A DNA stretch of 64,000 nucleotides. Origin: Thermoleophilia bacterium. GTDB lineage: Bacteria > Actinomycetota > Thermoleophilia > Gaiellales > JAICJC01. The notes below the pieces were generated by a model that saw nothing but the letters and a program-made list of their open reading frames with translations, had not been told where the DNA came from and made no database searches. The DNA is taken from contig JAICKX010000003.1 in the NCBI GenBank assembly GCA_025927685.1, positions 2,905 through 66,904 of the forward strand, given 5' to 3'. Both the position numbers and the translations under genes were made by a program. Each line of letters begins with the position of its first letter. Position 1 is the stretch's first letter. Below, piece by piece: positions 35,213 through 43,892 of this stretch.

Positions 35213-36364
35213 ATGGGGGACGGAACCATGGAAGCGTGGGTCATCCGCCCGGAGCGCCTCGGCGATCCGATCGACGCCATGCAGCTCGAGCGAATCGACG
35301 TGCCCGACCCCGGTCCCGGAGAGGTGCTCGTGCGCGTCATGGCGGCGGGCGTGAACTACAACGGCGTCTGGGCCTCGCTCGGCCTTCCGGTCTCGATCTT
35401 CCGCTACACCGGCTACGACTTCCACATCGCCGGCTCGGACGCGTCGGGGATCGTCGAGCGGGTCGGACCAGGCGTCACGCGCTGGAAGCCCGGCGACGAG
35501 GTCGTGATCCACTGCAACCAGAGCTGCGGCGAGTGCCCGGAGTGCAACGGCCTCGACCCGATGGCCTGCTCGCGCCAGAAGATCTGGGCCTACGAGACGA
35601 ACTGGGGCAGCTTCGCCGAGCTCTGCCTCGTCCAGTCCCAGCAGCTGCTCGCGAAGCCGGCCCGCCTCACGTGGGAGGAGGCGGCCTCCTACGGCCTCAC
35701 CTACTTCACCGCCTACCGGATGCTGGTCGACCGGGCGGGCGTCAAGGCCGGCGACAACGTGCTCGTCTGGGGCGCCGGCGGCGGCCTGGGGACGTTCGCG
35801 GTGCAGCTCTGCCGCCTCTACGGCGCCAACGCCGTCGCGGTCGTCTCGTCGGACGACAAGCGCGCGCTCGTGACGGAGCTCGGCGCCGCGGCCGTGCTCG
35901 ACCGGCGCCAGTTCGCCCTCCACGACCCCGACACCGGCGAGCGCAACTTCGAGGAGATCAAGCGCTTCGGGAAGGCCATCCGCGAGGTCACGGGCGGCTC
36001 CGATGCCGACATCGTCTTCGAGCACGTCGGCGCGGCCACGTTCTTCACGTCGGTCTTCGTCTGCAAGACGTTCGGCACCGTCGTGATCTGCGGAGCGACG
36101 TCCGGGTTCCAGCTCGACTTCGACGTGCGCTACCTGTGGATGCGCCAGAAGACCATCCTCGGCAGCCACTTCGCGAACGCCTACGAGTGCCAGCGCGCGA
36201 ACCAGCTCATCGCGGAGGGCAAGATCGAGCCGGTGCTCTCGCGCGTCTTCCCGTGGTCGGAGTGCCCCGTGCCGCACCAGATGATGAAGGAGAACGAGCA
36301 TGTCGGGAAGATGGTCGTGCTCGTCGGCGCCGAGCGCGAGGGGGAGGGGCGCCGGGATGGATGA
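35213..36364 (+). CDS. ccr: Crotonyl-CoA carboxylase/reductase-family enoyl-CoA reductase (MDR superfamily)
   Basis: Strong resemblance to Ccr: IWAYETNWGSFAE...LTWEEAA...VLVWGAGGGLG...RFGKAIREVTGG..DIVFEHVG...YLWMRQKTILGSHFAN. Shorter N-terminus than the canonical Ccr I remember. Confidence 0.75.
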   Translation: MGDGTMEAWVIRPERLGDPIDAMQLERIDVPDPGPGEVLVRVMAAGVNYNGVWASLGLPVSIFRYTGYDFHIAGSDASGIVERVGPGVTRWKPGDEVVIHCNQSCGECPECNGLDPMACSRQKIWAYETNWGSFAELCLVQSQQLLAKPARLTWEEAASYGLTYFTAYRMLVDRAGVKAGDNVLVWGAGGGLGTFAVQLCRLYGANAVAVVSSDDKRALVTELGAAAVLDRRQFALHDPDTGERNFEEIKRFGKAIREVTGGSDADIVFEHVGAATFFTSVFVCKTFGTVVICGATSGFQLDFDVRYLWMRQKTILGSHFANAYECQRANQLIAEGKIEPVLSRVFPWSECPVPHQMMKENEHVGKMVVLVGAEREGEGRRDG

Positions 36365-37916
36365 GCGGCCGTTCGCCGCCCCCGGCGACGTCCCGCTCGA
36401 CTACGAGCGCGACCTCGGCGACCCCGGGGCCTTCCCGTTCACCCGCGGCATCCACCGGGACATGTACGCCGGCCGGCCGTGGTCGATCCGCCAGTACGCC
36501 GGCTACGGCACCGCCGCCGAGACCAACCGCCGCTTCCGCTTCCTGATCGACCAGGGCCAGCCGGGCCTCTCGACCGCGTTCGACCTGCCGACCCAGATGG
36601 GCCTCGACTCCGACGACTCGCGGGCGGAGGGCGAGGTGGGCCGGGTCGGGGTCGCCATCGACTCGATCCGCGACATGGAGGCGATGTTCGACGGCATCCC
36701 GCTCGACGAGGTCTCGACGTCGATGACGATCAACGCGCCGGCGCCCGTGCTGGTCGCCATGTACCACGTCGCCTGCCGTCGCCAGGGCCGCGACCCGGCC
36801 GGGATCCGGGGCACCGCCCAGAACGACGTCCTCAAGGAGTATGTGAGCCGCGGCACCTACATCTACCCGCCGCGCCCGTCGCTGCGGCTCGCGGCCGACC
36901 TGATCGCCTGGGCGGCAAGCGCGGCGCCCCGCTTCAACGCGATCTCGCTCTCCGGCTACCACATGCGCGAGGCCGGGAGCACCGCGGCCCAGGAGATGGG
37001 CTTCGCGGTCGCCAACGCCATCGCCTACGTCTCGGCGGTCGTCGAGCGCGGGGTCGGCGTCGACGAGTTCGGGCCGCGGCTCTCATGGATCTTCAACACG
37101 CACATGGACTTCTTCGAGGAGATCGCGAAGTACCGGGCCCTGCGCCGCCTGTGGGCGCACGTGATGCACGACCGGTTCGGGGCGCGCGATCCGCGCTCGA
37201 TGATGCTGCGCACGCACACCCAGACCGCCGGCTCGACGCTCACGCTTCAGCAGCCCGAGAACAACATCGTGCGCGCGGCCGTCCAGGCGCTGGCGGCGGC
37301 GCTGGGCGGCGTCCAGTCGATGGCGCTCTCGTGCTTCGACGAGGCCATCGCGATCCCGACCGAGCACGCCCAGACCCTGGCCGTGCGGACGCAGCAGATG
37401 CTTCAGCACGAGTTCGGCATCACGAGGACGGCCGATCCGCTGGGCGGCTCGTGGTACGTCGAACGGCTGACGGACGAGCTCGAGGCCGAGGCCCGCCGCC
37501 TGATCGAGCACATCGACGAGCTGGGCGGCGCCGTCGCCGCGATCGAGGCCGGCTTCTACCAGCAGACCATCGCCGACGAGGCCTACGCGCGCGAGCAGCG
37601 GATCGCGTCAGGCGAGGACGTGGTCGTGGGCGTGAACCGCTACGCGGACGAGGCCGCACCGCTGCCGGAGCGGTTCGACGTACCGGCGGACGTGGCGGCA
37701 GGGCAGCGGGCCCGCCTGGAGGCCCTCCGGGCAGAGCGCGACCAGGCCGCCGTGGACGCGGCCCTCGGCGCGCTCGCCGACGCGGCCGCAGGGGAGGAGA
37801 ACGCCATGCCCGCCATCGTCGCGGCGGTGGAGGCAGAGGCGACGCTCGGCGAGATCTGCGGCGCCCTGCGGCAGGCGTTCGGCGACTACCGGCCCGCCGC
37901 GGCCGCGCAAATATGA
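36357..37916 (+). CDS. Acyl-CoA mutase large (substrate-binding TIM-barrel) subunit, methylmalonyl/ethylmalonyl-CoA mutase family; no B12-binding domain
   Basis: FPFTRGI, WSIRQYAGYG, STAFDLPTQMGLDSD, MTINAPAPV and GTAQNDVLKEY motifs. It ends after the linker region with no DxHxxG domain. 8-nt overlap with the 3' end of ccr. Confidence 0.85.
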   Translation: MDERPFAAPGDVPLDYERDLGDPGAFPFTRGIHRDMYAGRPWSIRQYAGYGTAAETNRRFRFLIDQGQPGLSTAFDLPTQMGLDSDDSRAEGEVGRVGVAIDSIRDMEAMFDGIPLDEVSTSMTINAPAPVLVAMYHVACRRQGRDPAGIRGTAQNDVLKEYVSRGTYIYPPRPSLRLAADLIAWAASAAPRFNAISLSGYHMREAGSTAAQEMGFAVANAIAYVSAVVERGVGVDEFGPRLSWIFNTHMDFFEEIAKYRALRRLWAHVMHDRFGARDPRSMMLRTHTQTAGSTLTLQQPENNIVRAAVQALAAALGGVQSMALSCFDEAIAIPTEHAQTLAVRTQQMLQHEFGITRTADPLGGSWYVERLTDELEAEARRLIEHIDELGGAVAAIEAGFYQQTIADEAYAREQRIASGEDVVVGVNRYADEAAPLPERFDVPADVAAGQRARLEALRAERDQAAVDAALGALADAAAGEENAMPAIVAAVEAEATLGEICGALRQAFGDYRPAAAAQI

Positions 37917-38020
37917 GCCCGGGACGGCGCGGCGGGAGGGAGCGGTCGGCCGGAGCGCACAAGGCGGTTGCGCGCGAAACCTTGCGCTATCATCACCCGC
38001 CCGTGAGCGCCGTTCCCGAA

Positions 38021-38647
38021 ATGCCGGCACCGCTCGAACGCGCGCTCCGGCAGCTTCAGGCGGGCGGAATGGTGATCGTCTGCGACGATCCCGACCGCGA
38101 GGACGAGGGCGATCTGTGCATGGCGGCCGAGTTCGTGACCGCCAAGGAGATCACGTTCATGGCGTGTCAGGCCCGCGGCCTGATCTGCCTCTCGCTCCCG
38201 GAGGAGCGCTGCGACGAGCTCGACCTGCCGCTCATGGTCCCGGCCCGCGTCGGCAGCGACGCCACCAGCTTCTGCGTCTCGATCGAGGCCGCGACGGGCG
38301 TCACCACAGGCATCTCGGCGGCCGACCGGGCGCGCACGATCCAGGTCGCCGTCGACCCCGCCACCGCCCCCGGCGATCTCGTCCGCCCGGGCCACGTCTT
38401 TCCGCTCCGGGCCCGCCCGCGCGGCGTGCTCGAGCGGCGCGGCCAGACCGAGGCCGCAGTCGATCTCACACGGCTCGCCGGCCTCACCCCCGGCGGCGTC
38501 CTCTGCGAGGTCATGAACGACGACGGCACGATGGCCCGCGGCCCGCAGCTCGCCGCCTTCTCGCGCCGGCACGCGCTCCCGGTGGTCACGGTCGACGAGA
38601 TCGCGACCTACCTGCGCACCTCCGCGCCCGCGATCAGCGCGGTCTGA
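38021..38647 (+). CDS. ribB: 3,4-dihydroxy-2-butanone-4-phosphate synthase (stand-alone)
   Basis: [33 protein letters not shown] and [10 protein letters not shown] motifs. Alternative GTG at 38003. Confidence 0.85.
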   Translation: MPAPLERALRQLQAGGMVIVCDDPDREDEGDLCMAAEFVTAKEITFMACQARGLICLSLPEERCDELDLPLMVPARVGSDATSFCVSIEAATGVTTGISAADRARTIQVAVDPATAPGDLVRPGHVFPLRARPRGVLERRGQTEAAVDLTRLAGLTPGGVLCEVMNDDGTMARGPQLAAFSRRHALPVVTVDEIATYLRTSAPAISAV

Positions 38648-39820
38648 CTACCAGGCGTCGAGGGCCGGGAAACCGTCCCAGCGCCCGTCGAGGCAGCGCT
38701 CGAGCAGGAGCGCGGCTCCGATGCCGCCCGTCCACAGCGCGTGGCGGCCGTCGCCGGCCCGCACCTGGGCTGCCGCGTGCGTCGCAAACGCCCGCGCCCG
38801 TTCGAGCCAGCGCTCGTCGCCGGTGCGGTGGAGCAGGGCCAGGAACGCGAACCCGTTCCCGGCGGTGCCGTGGCAGAGGCCGGCGCCCTTGCGCAGCGGC
38901 CCCGCCCGCCACGTGAGCTCGCCGCCCGCGACCAGGATCCGGGTCAGCTCGTCGTTTCCCGGGTTGGCGCCGGCCAGCGAGGCCACGATGCCCGGCGCGC
39001 CGTGGCACCACTGCACGCGGATCGCCTGGCCCGGCACCTGGAGCCGCCCGCCGGCGTGCGGTGGCCAATTGACCGTCTCGTGCGTGCCAATCGCCTGGTC
39101 GAGCACGATCCGGGAGACCCCGGCGGCGAGCGCCTCCGCGTCCTCGAGCAGCTCGGGCCGCCGCAGGAGCGCCATCGCGTTCGCGGCGAAGCCGTGCCCT
39201 GCGCCGAAGTAGCGGGTCGTCTGCCCGTACATGTCCTGCGTCCAGCAGCCGTCGGGGTCGCGAGCCTCGAGGAGCTGGGCTGCGCTCCGGCTCCAGAGCT
39301 CCGCGAAGCGCTCGTCGCCGCCTCGCTCGAGGATCGCGGCCGCTGCCAACATCGTCCCCGGGCTGCCCCAGAGGAGCTCGTTCGTCTCGTTCCCGACGTT
39401 GGCCGCGATCTCGAGCGCCAGGAGGTCGGCCGTCTCGGATGACGGGTGCAGGAGCCACGAGACGAGCAGGATCCCGCTGCGTCCGAGCAGGAGCGAGGGC
39501 GGGAGCGCGCCGGCCCGCGCCGCGAGCTCCGCGGCGACGGCCGCCCAATCCCGCTCCGGGGCGTGGACGCCGGCCCGGGCCAGCCGGTCGAGCGCCCACA
39601 CCATCCCGGCGCCGCCCAGGTAGACGGTCAGGGACTCCTCGGGCGTGACCGCGCCGTCGAGCGGATGCGCCGGCCACAGCCGCTCCGGATCGAATGCCGC
39701 CTCGGCGCCGCGGCAGATTGCCGCGATCGCGTCGCGCGCCCGGTCCGCGCTCCAGGCCTCGCCCTCGAGCGCGTCGTGGGCCTCGGGCGACCAGAGCGCC
39801 TCAGCCGACCGGCGCGCCAC
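38648..39820 (-). CDS. Stand-alone LanC-like (lanthionine-synthetase-C-like) protein
   Basis: All three LanC hallmark motifs are present: GAGHGFAAN (His), QWCHGAPGI (Cys) and GLCHGTAGNG (Cys-His). Repeated GxxG alpha-toroid helices. Confidence 0.8.
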   Translation of the reverse strand: MARRSAEALWSPEAHDALEGEAWSADRARDAIAAICRGAEAAFDPERLWPAHPLDGAVTPEESLTVYLGGAGMVWALDRLARAGVHAPERDWAAVAAELAARAGALPPSLLLGRSGILLVSWLLHPSSETADLLALEIAANVGNETNELLWGSPGTMLAAAAILERGGDERFAELWSRSAAQLLEARDPDGCWTQDMYGQTTRYFGAGHGFAANAMALLRRPELLEDAEALAAGVSRIVLDQAIGTHETVNWPPHAGGRLQVPGQAIRVQWCHGAPGIVASLAGANPGNDELTRILVAGGELTWRAGPLRKGAGLCHGTAGNGFAFLALLHRTGDERWLERARAFATHAAAQVRAGDGRHALWTGGIGAALLLERCLDGRWDGFPALDAW

Positions 39821-40910
39821 TGTGGGACGCGATGAGCTCCTTGGCCTCGTTCACGTCGTCGGAGCGGTTCACGCCCAGGCAGGCCGTCACCTTGTCGTCG
39901 TCGTCCAGGTAGTAGGCCACGAAGTCGTCGTCGGCCATCGAGCCGCGGATGTCGGCCCGGCCGCTGCCCGGGCCGACGTACTCGAACCACGTCCAGTCGC
40001 CGATGTCGCTGAAGAAGTACGGCACGGTCGTGTACGGGCCCGACTCCTTGCCCGCCCAGGTGCGGCCGACGTAGCCGCCCTGGTTCAGGGCGACGTCCCA
40101 GTGCTCGATTCTGAGGCGCCGGCCGTGGACGGCGCTCTGGTAGGCCGCGATGTCGCCGATCGCCCACACGTCGTCGGTCGCGCGCAGGTGCTCGTCCACG
40201 TGGACGCCGTTCTCCACCGTGAGCCCGGCCGCCTCGGCCAGCTCGGTGTTCGGTGTGACGCCGATCCCAGCCAGCTTCAGCGTGTAGTCGCCGGCGGGCA
40301 GCTCCTTCGTCCCGGTGTTCACGTTCACGCCGTGCTCCTCGAGCTGGCGCTGGAAGTAGACGGCCACCTCGGCGCCGAACAGGTGCTCCCAGACGACGCT
40401 CTCGGGCACCGCCATCGTCACCTCCCAGCCCTTCATCCGGGCCGACGCGGCGACCTCGACGCCGATGAACCCGCCGCCGATCACGCCCAGGTGGCCGGCC
40501 GAGCCCGCCAGCTTCTCGGCGAGCGCCCGGGAATCCTCGAGCGTGCGGATGGACTGGGCCCCCGGGAGCGTGCGCGGCGTCGCGCCCGTCGCGAGCACCA
40601 GCCGCTCGTACTCGACCGGCTCGCCGTCGGAGAGGGCGATGCTGCGGGCGCCCAGGTCAACCGCCGTGGCGCTCACGCCGGTGCGCACGTCCACCTCGTG
40701 GTTCCGCCACCACTCGGCCGGGTGCATGTAGACCTCCGCCTCGGGCTTCTCGCCGCGGAGGTACTCCTTCGTGAGGGGCGGCCGGTGGTAGGGGACATGG
40801 TCCTCGCGCGCGACGATGAGGACGGTCCCGTCGCCGTCCTGCTCGCGGTACTCCTGCGCGACCATCCCACCCGCGAGGCCGCCGCCGACGATGACGTTCT
40901 GATAGCGCAT
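39801..40910 (-). CDS. FAD/NAD(P)-dependent oxidoreductase (ferredoxin-reductase / AIF-like pyridine-nucleotide-disulfide oxidoreductase family)
   Basis: NVIVGGGLAGG and GVIGGGFIGVE dinucleotide folds, AIGDIA, and C-terminal PYFFSDIGDW. No redox-active CxxxxC. 20-nt overlap with the LanC-like gene. Confidence 0.8.
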   Translation of the reverse strand: MRYQNVIVGGGLAGGMVAQEYREQDGDGTVLIVAREDHVPYHRPPLTKEYLRGEKPEAEVYMHPAEWWRNHEVDVRTGVSATAVDLGARSIALSDGEPVEYERLVLATGATPRTLPGAQSIRTLEDSRALAEKLAGSAGHLGVIGGGFIGVEVAASARMKGWEVTMAVPESVVWEHLFGAEVAVYFQRQLEEHGVNVNTGTKELPAGDYTLKLAGIGVTPNTELAEAAGLTVENGVHVDEHLRATDDVWAIGDIAAYQSAVHGRRLRIEHWDVALNQGGYVGRTWAGKESGPYTTVPYFFSDIGDWTWFEYVGPGSGRADIRGSMADDDFVAYYLDDDDKVTACLGVNRSDDVNEAKELIASHSGAPVG

Positions 40911-40923
40911 CTGTTCCCCTTCC

Positions 40924-42000
40924 CTACGGGCTCGGCTCCCACCGGAAGACACGAAGCGAGGCCCCGGCGAGGAGTGCCGTCGCGAGGCACAGTACCCCGA
41001 TATCCGGGAGTGCGTGCATGAAGCTCAGTCCGCGGACGGAGGTGTCGCGGAGTCCGTTCGCGAGGTAGTACAACGGCAGGACTCGCGCGAACCCCTCCAG
41101 CCATCCGGGCAAGGCTGCCACCGGGAAGAACGTGCCCGACAGGAACATCATCGGGAACGTGATCGCGTTGGACAGCGCGTCCGCGGTTTCGGGGGTTGCG
41201 ACCGCCGACCCGATCAGGAGGCCCATCGCGAGGAAGGCCAACGCGCCGGCGACGGCCACCGGGACGGCCGCCCACGCGGCGGACGAGATGTGAACGCCGA
41301 AGGCGACGCGGCCGAAGGCGAGGAGCACCGCCACCTGGAGCAACGTGAGGCACAGCGACGCCGCGATCCGTGAGACGAAGAACTCCGCCAGGGGCATCGG
41401 AGTGAGCTTGAGGCGTCGCAGGATCCCCCGGGTTCGCCAGTCGACCAGCATGGTGGCGAGACCGATCACCGATGACGTCATGATCGCGATGGCGACGATG
41501 CCGGGAACCAGGAAGTCGACGTAGTCGAGATTCGAGCTGTCCACGGAGCTGGACCGAAAGCTGACGGCCGGTGAGGGGTTGGCCACGCGCATGGTGACCG
41601 AGGACACGATGCTCCGGATGATGCTGGCCTGATCCGCGGAGGTGTTCGAGGTGTAGAGGTGTGCGGTCACGCGTGAGCTGCTGCTGTCGGCGCTTGCGAG
41701 CACCAGCGCCGCATCCCGGTTACCGTCGTGCACCTGTCGACGTGCCGTTGCAGGGTCAGTCGCGAGCTTCACGGAGATGCCTCTGGTGCGCCGGAGGGCT
41801 TTCACGATCGCGACCGACCGGCCCTGGTGCGCGTCGTCCACCACTGCGAGCGTCCCGGCGTTTGCGCTGCCGCCGAGGGCGCCCCCGAGCAGTGTCAGCA
41901 AGATGATCGGAAAGGCGAGGCCCCAGAAGAGCGCCGCTCGATTGCGGAAGATCATCTTCAGCTGGGCGCCGATGGCCGCGGCGAGCCGGGGGAACCTCAT
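40924..42000 (-). CDS. ABC-2-type exporter permease
   Basis: An N-terminal TM, a large extracytoplasmic loop, then 5 TM helices (FLVPGIVAIAIMTSS...LKLTPMP...FLSGTFFP). 4-nt overlap with the ATPase gene. Confidence 0.8.
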   Translation of the reverse strand: MRFPRLAAAIGAQLKMIFRNRAALFWGLAFPIILLTLLGGALGGSANAGTLAVVDDAHQGRSVAIVKALRRTRGISVKLATDPATARRQVHDGNRDAALVLASADSSSSRVTAHLYTSNTSADQASIIRSIVSSVTMRVANPSPAVSFRSSSVDSSNLDYVDFLVPGIVAIAIMTSSVIGLATMLVDWRTRGILRRLKLTPMPLAEFFVSRIAASLCLTLLQVAVLLAFGRVAFGVHISSAAWAAVPVAVAGALAFLAMGLLIGSAVATPETADALSNAITFPMMFLSGTFFPVAALPGWLEGFARVLPLYYLANGLRDTSVRGLSFMHALPDIGVLCLATALLAGASLRVFRWEPSP

Positions 42001-42902
42001 TCGCGAAACTCGTGCCCGGTCAGGTTCAGGAAGACGTCCTCGAGGCTGGGCCCGCGCACCGCCAGGTTGCCGATTGCGGTTCCACGCGTACGGGCCGTCT
42101 CGAGCAGCTCCAGGACGACCGCCTGGGTGTCCTTGGTGTAGATGGCGTGCTCCCCGTCGGCGTCGGTGTAGGAGACGCGAGCGTCCGTGTCCAGCCGGCC
42201 GATCAGCCCCGCCGGAGTGTCCATCGCCACGATCCGAGCCTCATCCATGATTGCCACGCGGTCGCACAGCTCCTCAGCTTCTTCGAGATAGTGCGTGGTG
42301 AGGATGACGGTCTTACCCCGCTCTTCATGGATCGCCCGGATCACGCCCCACAGGTTCCGGCGGGCCTGGGGGTCGAGCCCAGTGGTCGGCTCGTCGAGGA
42401 ATACGACCTCCGGGTCGTGCACGAGACCCAGCGCGATCGCCAGCCGCTGCTGCTGGCCACCAGACATGCGCCCAGCGTAGTCGCCCGCCTTCGACTCGAG
42501 GCCGACGAGCTGGAGCGCGTGCGCCGCCCGCTCCTCGGCGTCGGCGCGCTCGTAGAAGCGGGCGAACAGCACGAGCAGCTCGGTCGCCGAGAGCCGGTCG
42601 AAGAGCGAGGTCGTCTGGAGCTGGACGCCGATCCGGGCCTGGATCCGGGTCGGGTCGGGCCACACGGGCGTGCCGAGCACAGTGACCTCGCCCGCGTCGG
42701 GCTTGCGCAGCCCCTCGATCATCTCGAGGGTCGTGGTCTTGCCGGCGCCGTTCGGGCCCAGGATGCCGAACGCCTCACCGCGCTCGACCGCGAACGAGAC
42801 GCCGTCGACGGCGACGTGCGACCCGTACCGCTTGGTCAGCCCCTGCACCTCGATCGCCGCGCCGGCCTCCATCTGCGGGCGGGCATGATAGTCCCGGCCC
42901 AT
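41997..42902 (-). CDS. ABC transporter ATP-binding protein (DrrA/ABC-2-associated type)
   Basis: Walker A GPNGAGKTT, signature MSGGQQQR, Walker B VFLDEPTTGLD. Alternative ATG at 42872. Confidence 0.9.
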   Translation of the reverse strand: MGRDYHARPQMEAGAAIEVQGLTKRYGSHVAVDGVSFAVERGEAFGILGPNGAGKTTTLEMIEGLRKPDAGEVTVLGTPVWPDPTRIQARIGVQLQTTSLFDRLSATELLVLFARFYERADAEERAAHALQLVGLESKAGDYAGRMSGGQQQRLAIALGLVHDPEVVFLDEPTTGLDPQARRNLWGVIRAIHEERGKTVILTTHYLEEAEELCDRVAIMDEARIVAMDTPAGLIGRLDTDARVSYTDADGEHAIYTKDTQAVVLELLETARTRGTAIGNLAVRGPSLEDVFLNLTGHEFRE

Positions 42903-42912
42903 GAGACCGGCC

Positions 42913-43413
42913 TCAGCCGTCGGCCCGCTCCGGGCCGGCCAGCACGACCGACGTCTCGATCTGGCGCTCCGGGATGTCCCAGTACCTGCGCAGCAGCTCG
43001 GTCTTGCGCTCGTCGGACACCTGCTGGAAGCCGTGGCGGCGGTAGAAGCCGATCGCCCAGTCGGCCGCCGCCCAGGTGCCGACCAGCATCGGCCGGGCGG
43101 CGTCCTCGCGCAGCCGCTCCAGGAGGGCGCCGCCGATCCCCGAGCGCTGGCTCCCGGGGCGCACGTAGGCGTGCCGGATGAGCTCCACGTCGTCCGCCGG
43201 CTGGATCCCCATGACGCCGACCAGCTCCCCGTCCTCCTCGTAGCCCCAGAAGGCGACGCCGGCCGCGATCTCGCGGTCGAGCTCGGCGGCGCCCATGTAG
43301 GGCTCGTGCCAGCGGTCCTCGGGGATCACGCCGCGGTAGGCCTCGGCGGCGGCGTTCACGATCGCGAGGATCGCCCGGCGCTCGTCGTCGCGGCACCGCC
43401 GAATTGCGATCAC
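42913..43413 (-). CDS. GNAT-family N-acetyltransferase
   Basis: VRPGSQRSGIGGALL acetyl-CoA-binding motif and FYRRHGF. GTGA overlap with the MaoC gene. Confidence 0.8.
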   Translation of the reverse strand: MIAIRRCRDDERRAILAIVNAAAEAYRGVIPEDRWHEPYMGAAELDREIAAGVAFWGYEEDGELVGVMGIQPADDVELIRHAYVRPGSQRSGIGGALLERLREDAARPMLVGTWAAADWAIGFYRRHGFQQVSDERKTELLRRYWDIPERQIETSVVLAGPERADG

Positions 43414-43892
43414 GCCGGCCGCTTCGGCACCAGCACCTTGCGCCGGAACTCGCACACGATCTCCCCCCGCTGGTTCTCGCCCACCGTCTCGACGGTCACG
43501 ACGCCACGGTCCGGCTTCGAGCGCGACTCGACCACCTCGACGACGGTCGTCCTGGCGTAGATCGTGTCGCCGTGGAAGGTGGGCTTGGCGTGCTTCAGCG
43601 ACTCCACCTCGAGGTTCGCGATGGCCTTCCCGGAGACGTCCGGCACGCTCATCCCGAGCACGAGCGAGTAGACGAGGTTCCCGACCACGACGTTCTTGCC
43701 GAACTGCGTCTCGGTCTCGGCGTAGTGCGCGTCGGTGTGGAGCGGGTGGTGGTTCATCGTGATCATGCAGAACAGGTGGTCGTCGGCCTCGGTGATGGTC
43801 TTGCCCGGCCAGTGGCGGTAGACGTCGCCGACCTCGAACTCCTCGAGGTAGCGGCCGAAGCGCGTCTCGCGCGCGTCGATCTCGCGGCTCAC
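43410..43892 (-). CDS. MaoC-like (hot-dog fold) enoyl-CoA hydratase, single domain
   Basis: MITMNHHPLHTDAHYA hydratase motif. 160 aa. GTGA overlap with the acyl-CoA dehydrogenase gene. Confidence 0.8.
   Translation of the reverse strand: MSREIDARETRFGRYLEEFEVGDVYRHWPGKTITEADDHLFCMITMNHHPLHTDAHYAETETQFGKNVVVGNLVYSLVLGMSVPDVSGKAIANLEVESLKHAKPTFHGDTIYARTTVVEVVESRSKPDRGVVTVETVGENQRGEIVCEFRRKVLVPKRPA

Noticed and set aside
37917-38020. Possible FMN riboswitch upstream of stand-alone ribB.
   Set aside because: I could not find the conserved FMN-element cores (for example AGGAUAGUG... or GGGUGAAAUUCCC-type segments) in the 104-nt region. It holds only a small GCGCA/TGCGC hairpin. A cmscan with RF00050 would settle it.
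38648-43413. Lanthipeptide (RiPP) biosynthetic gene cluster around the LanC-like gene.
   Set aside because: I could find no precursor-peptide-like small ORF, no LanB/LanM/LanKC/LanL dehydratase domain and no leader protease. I treat it as a stand-alone LanC-like module instead.
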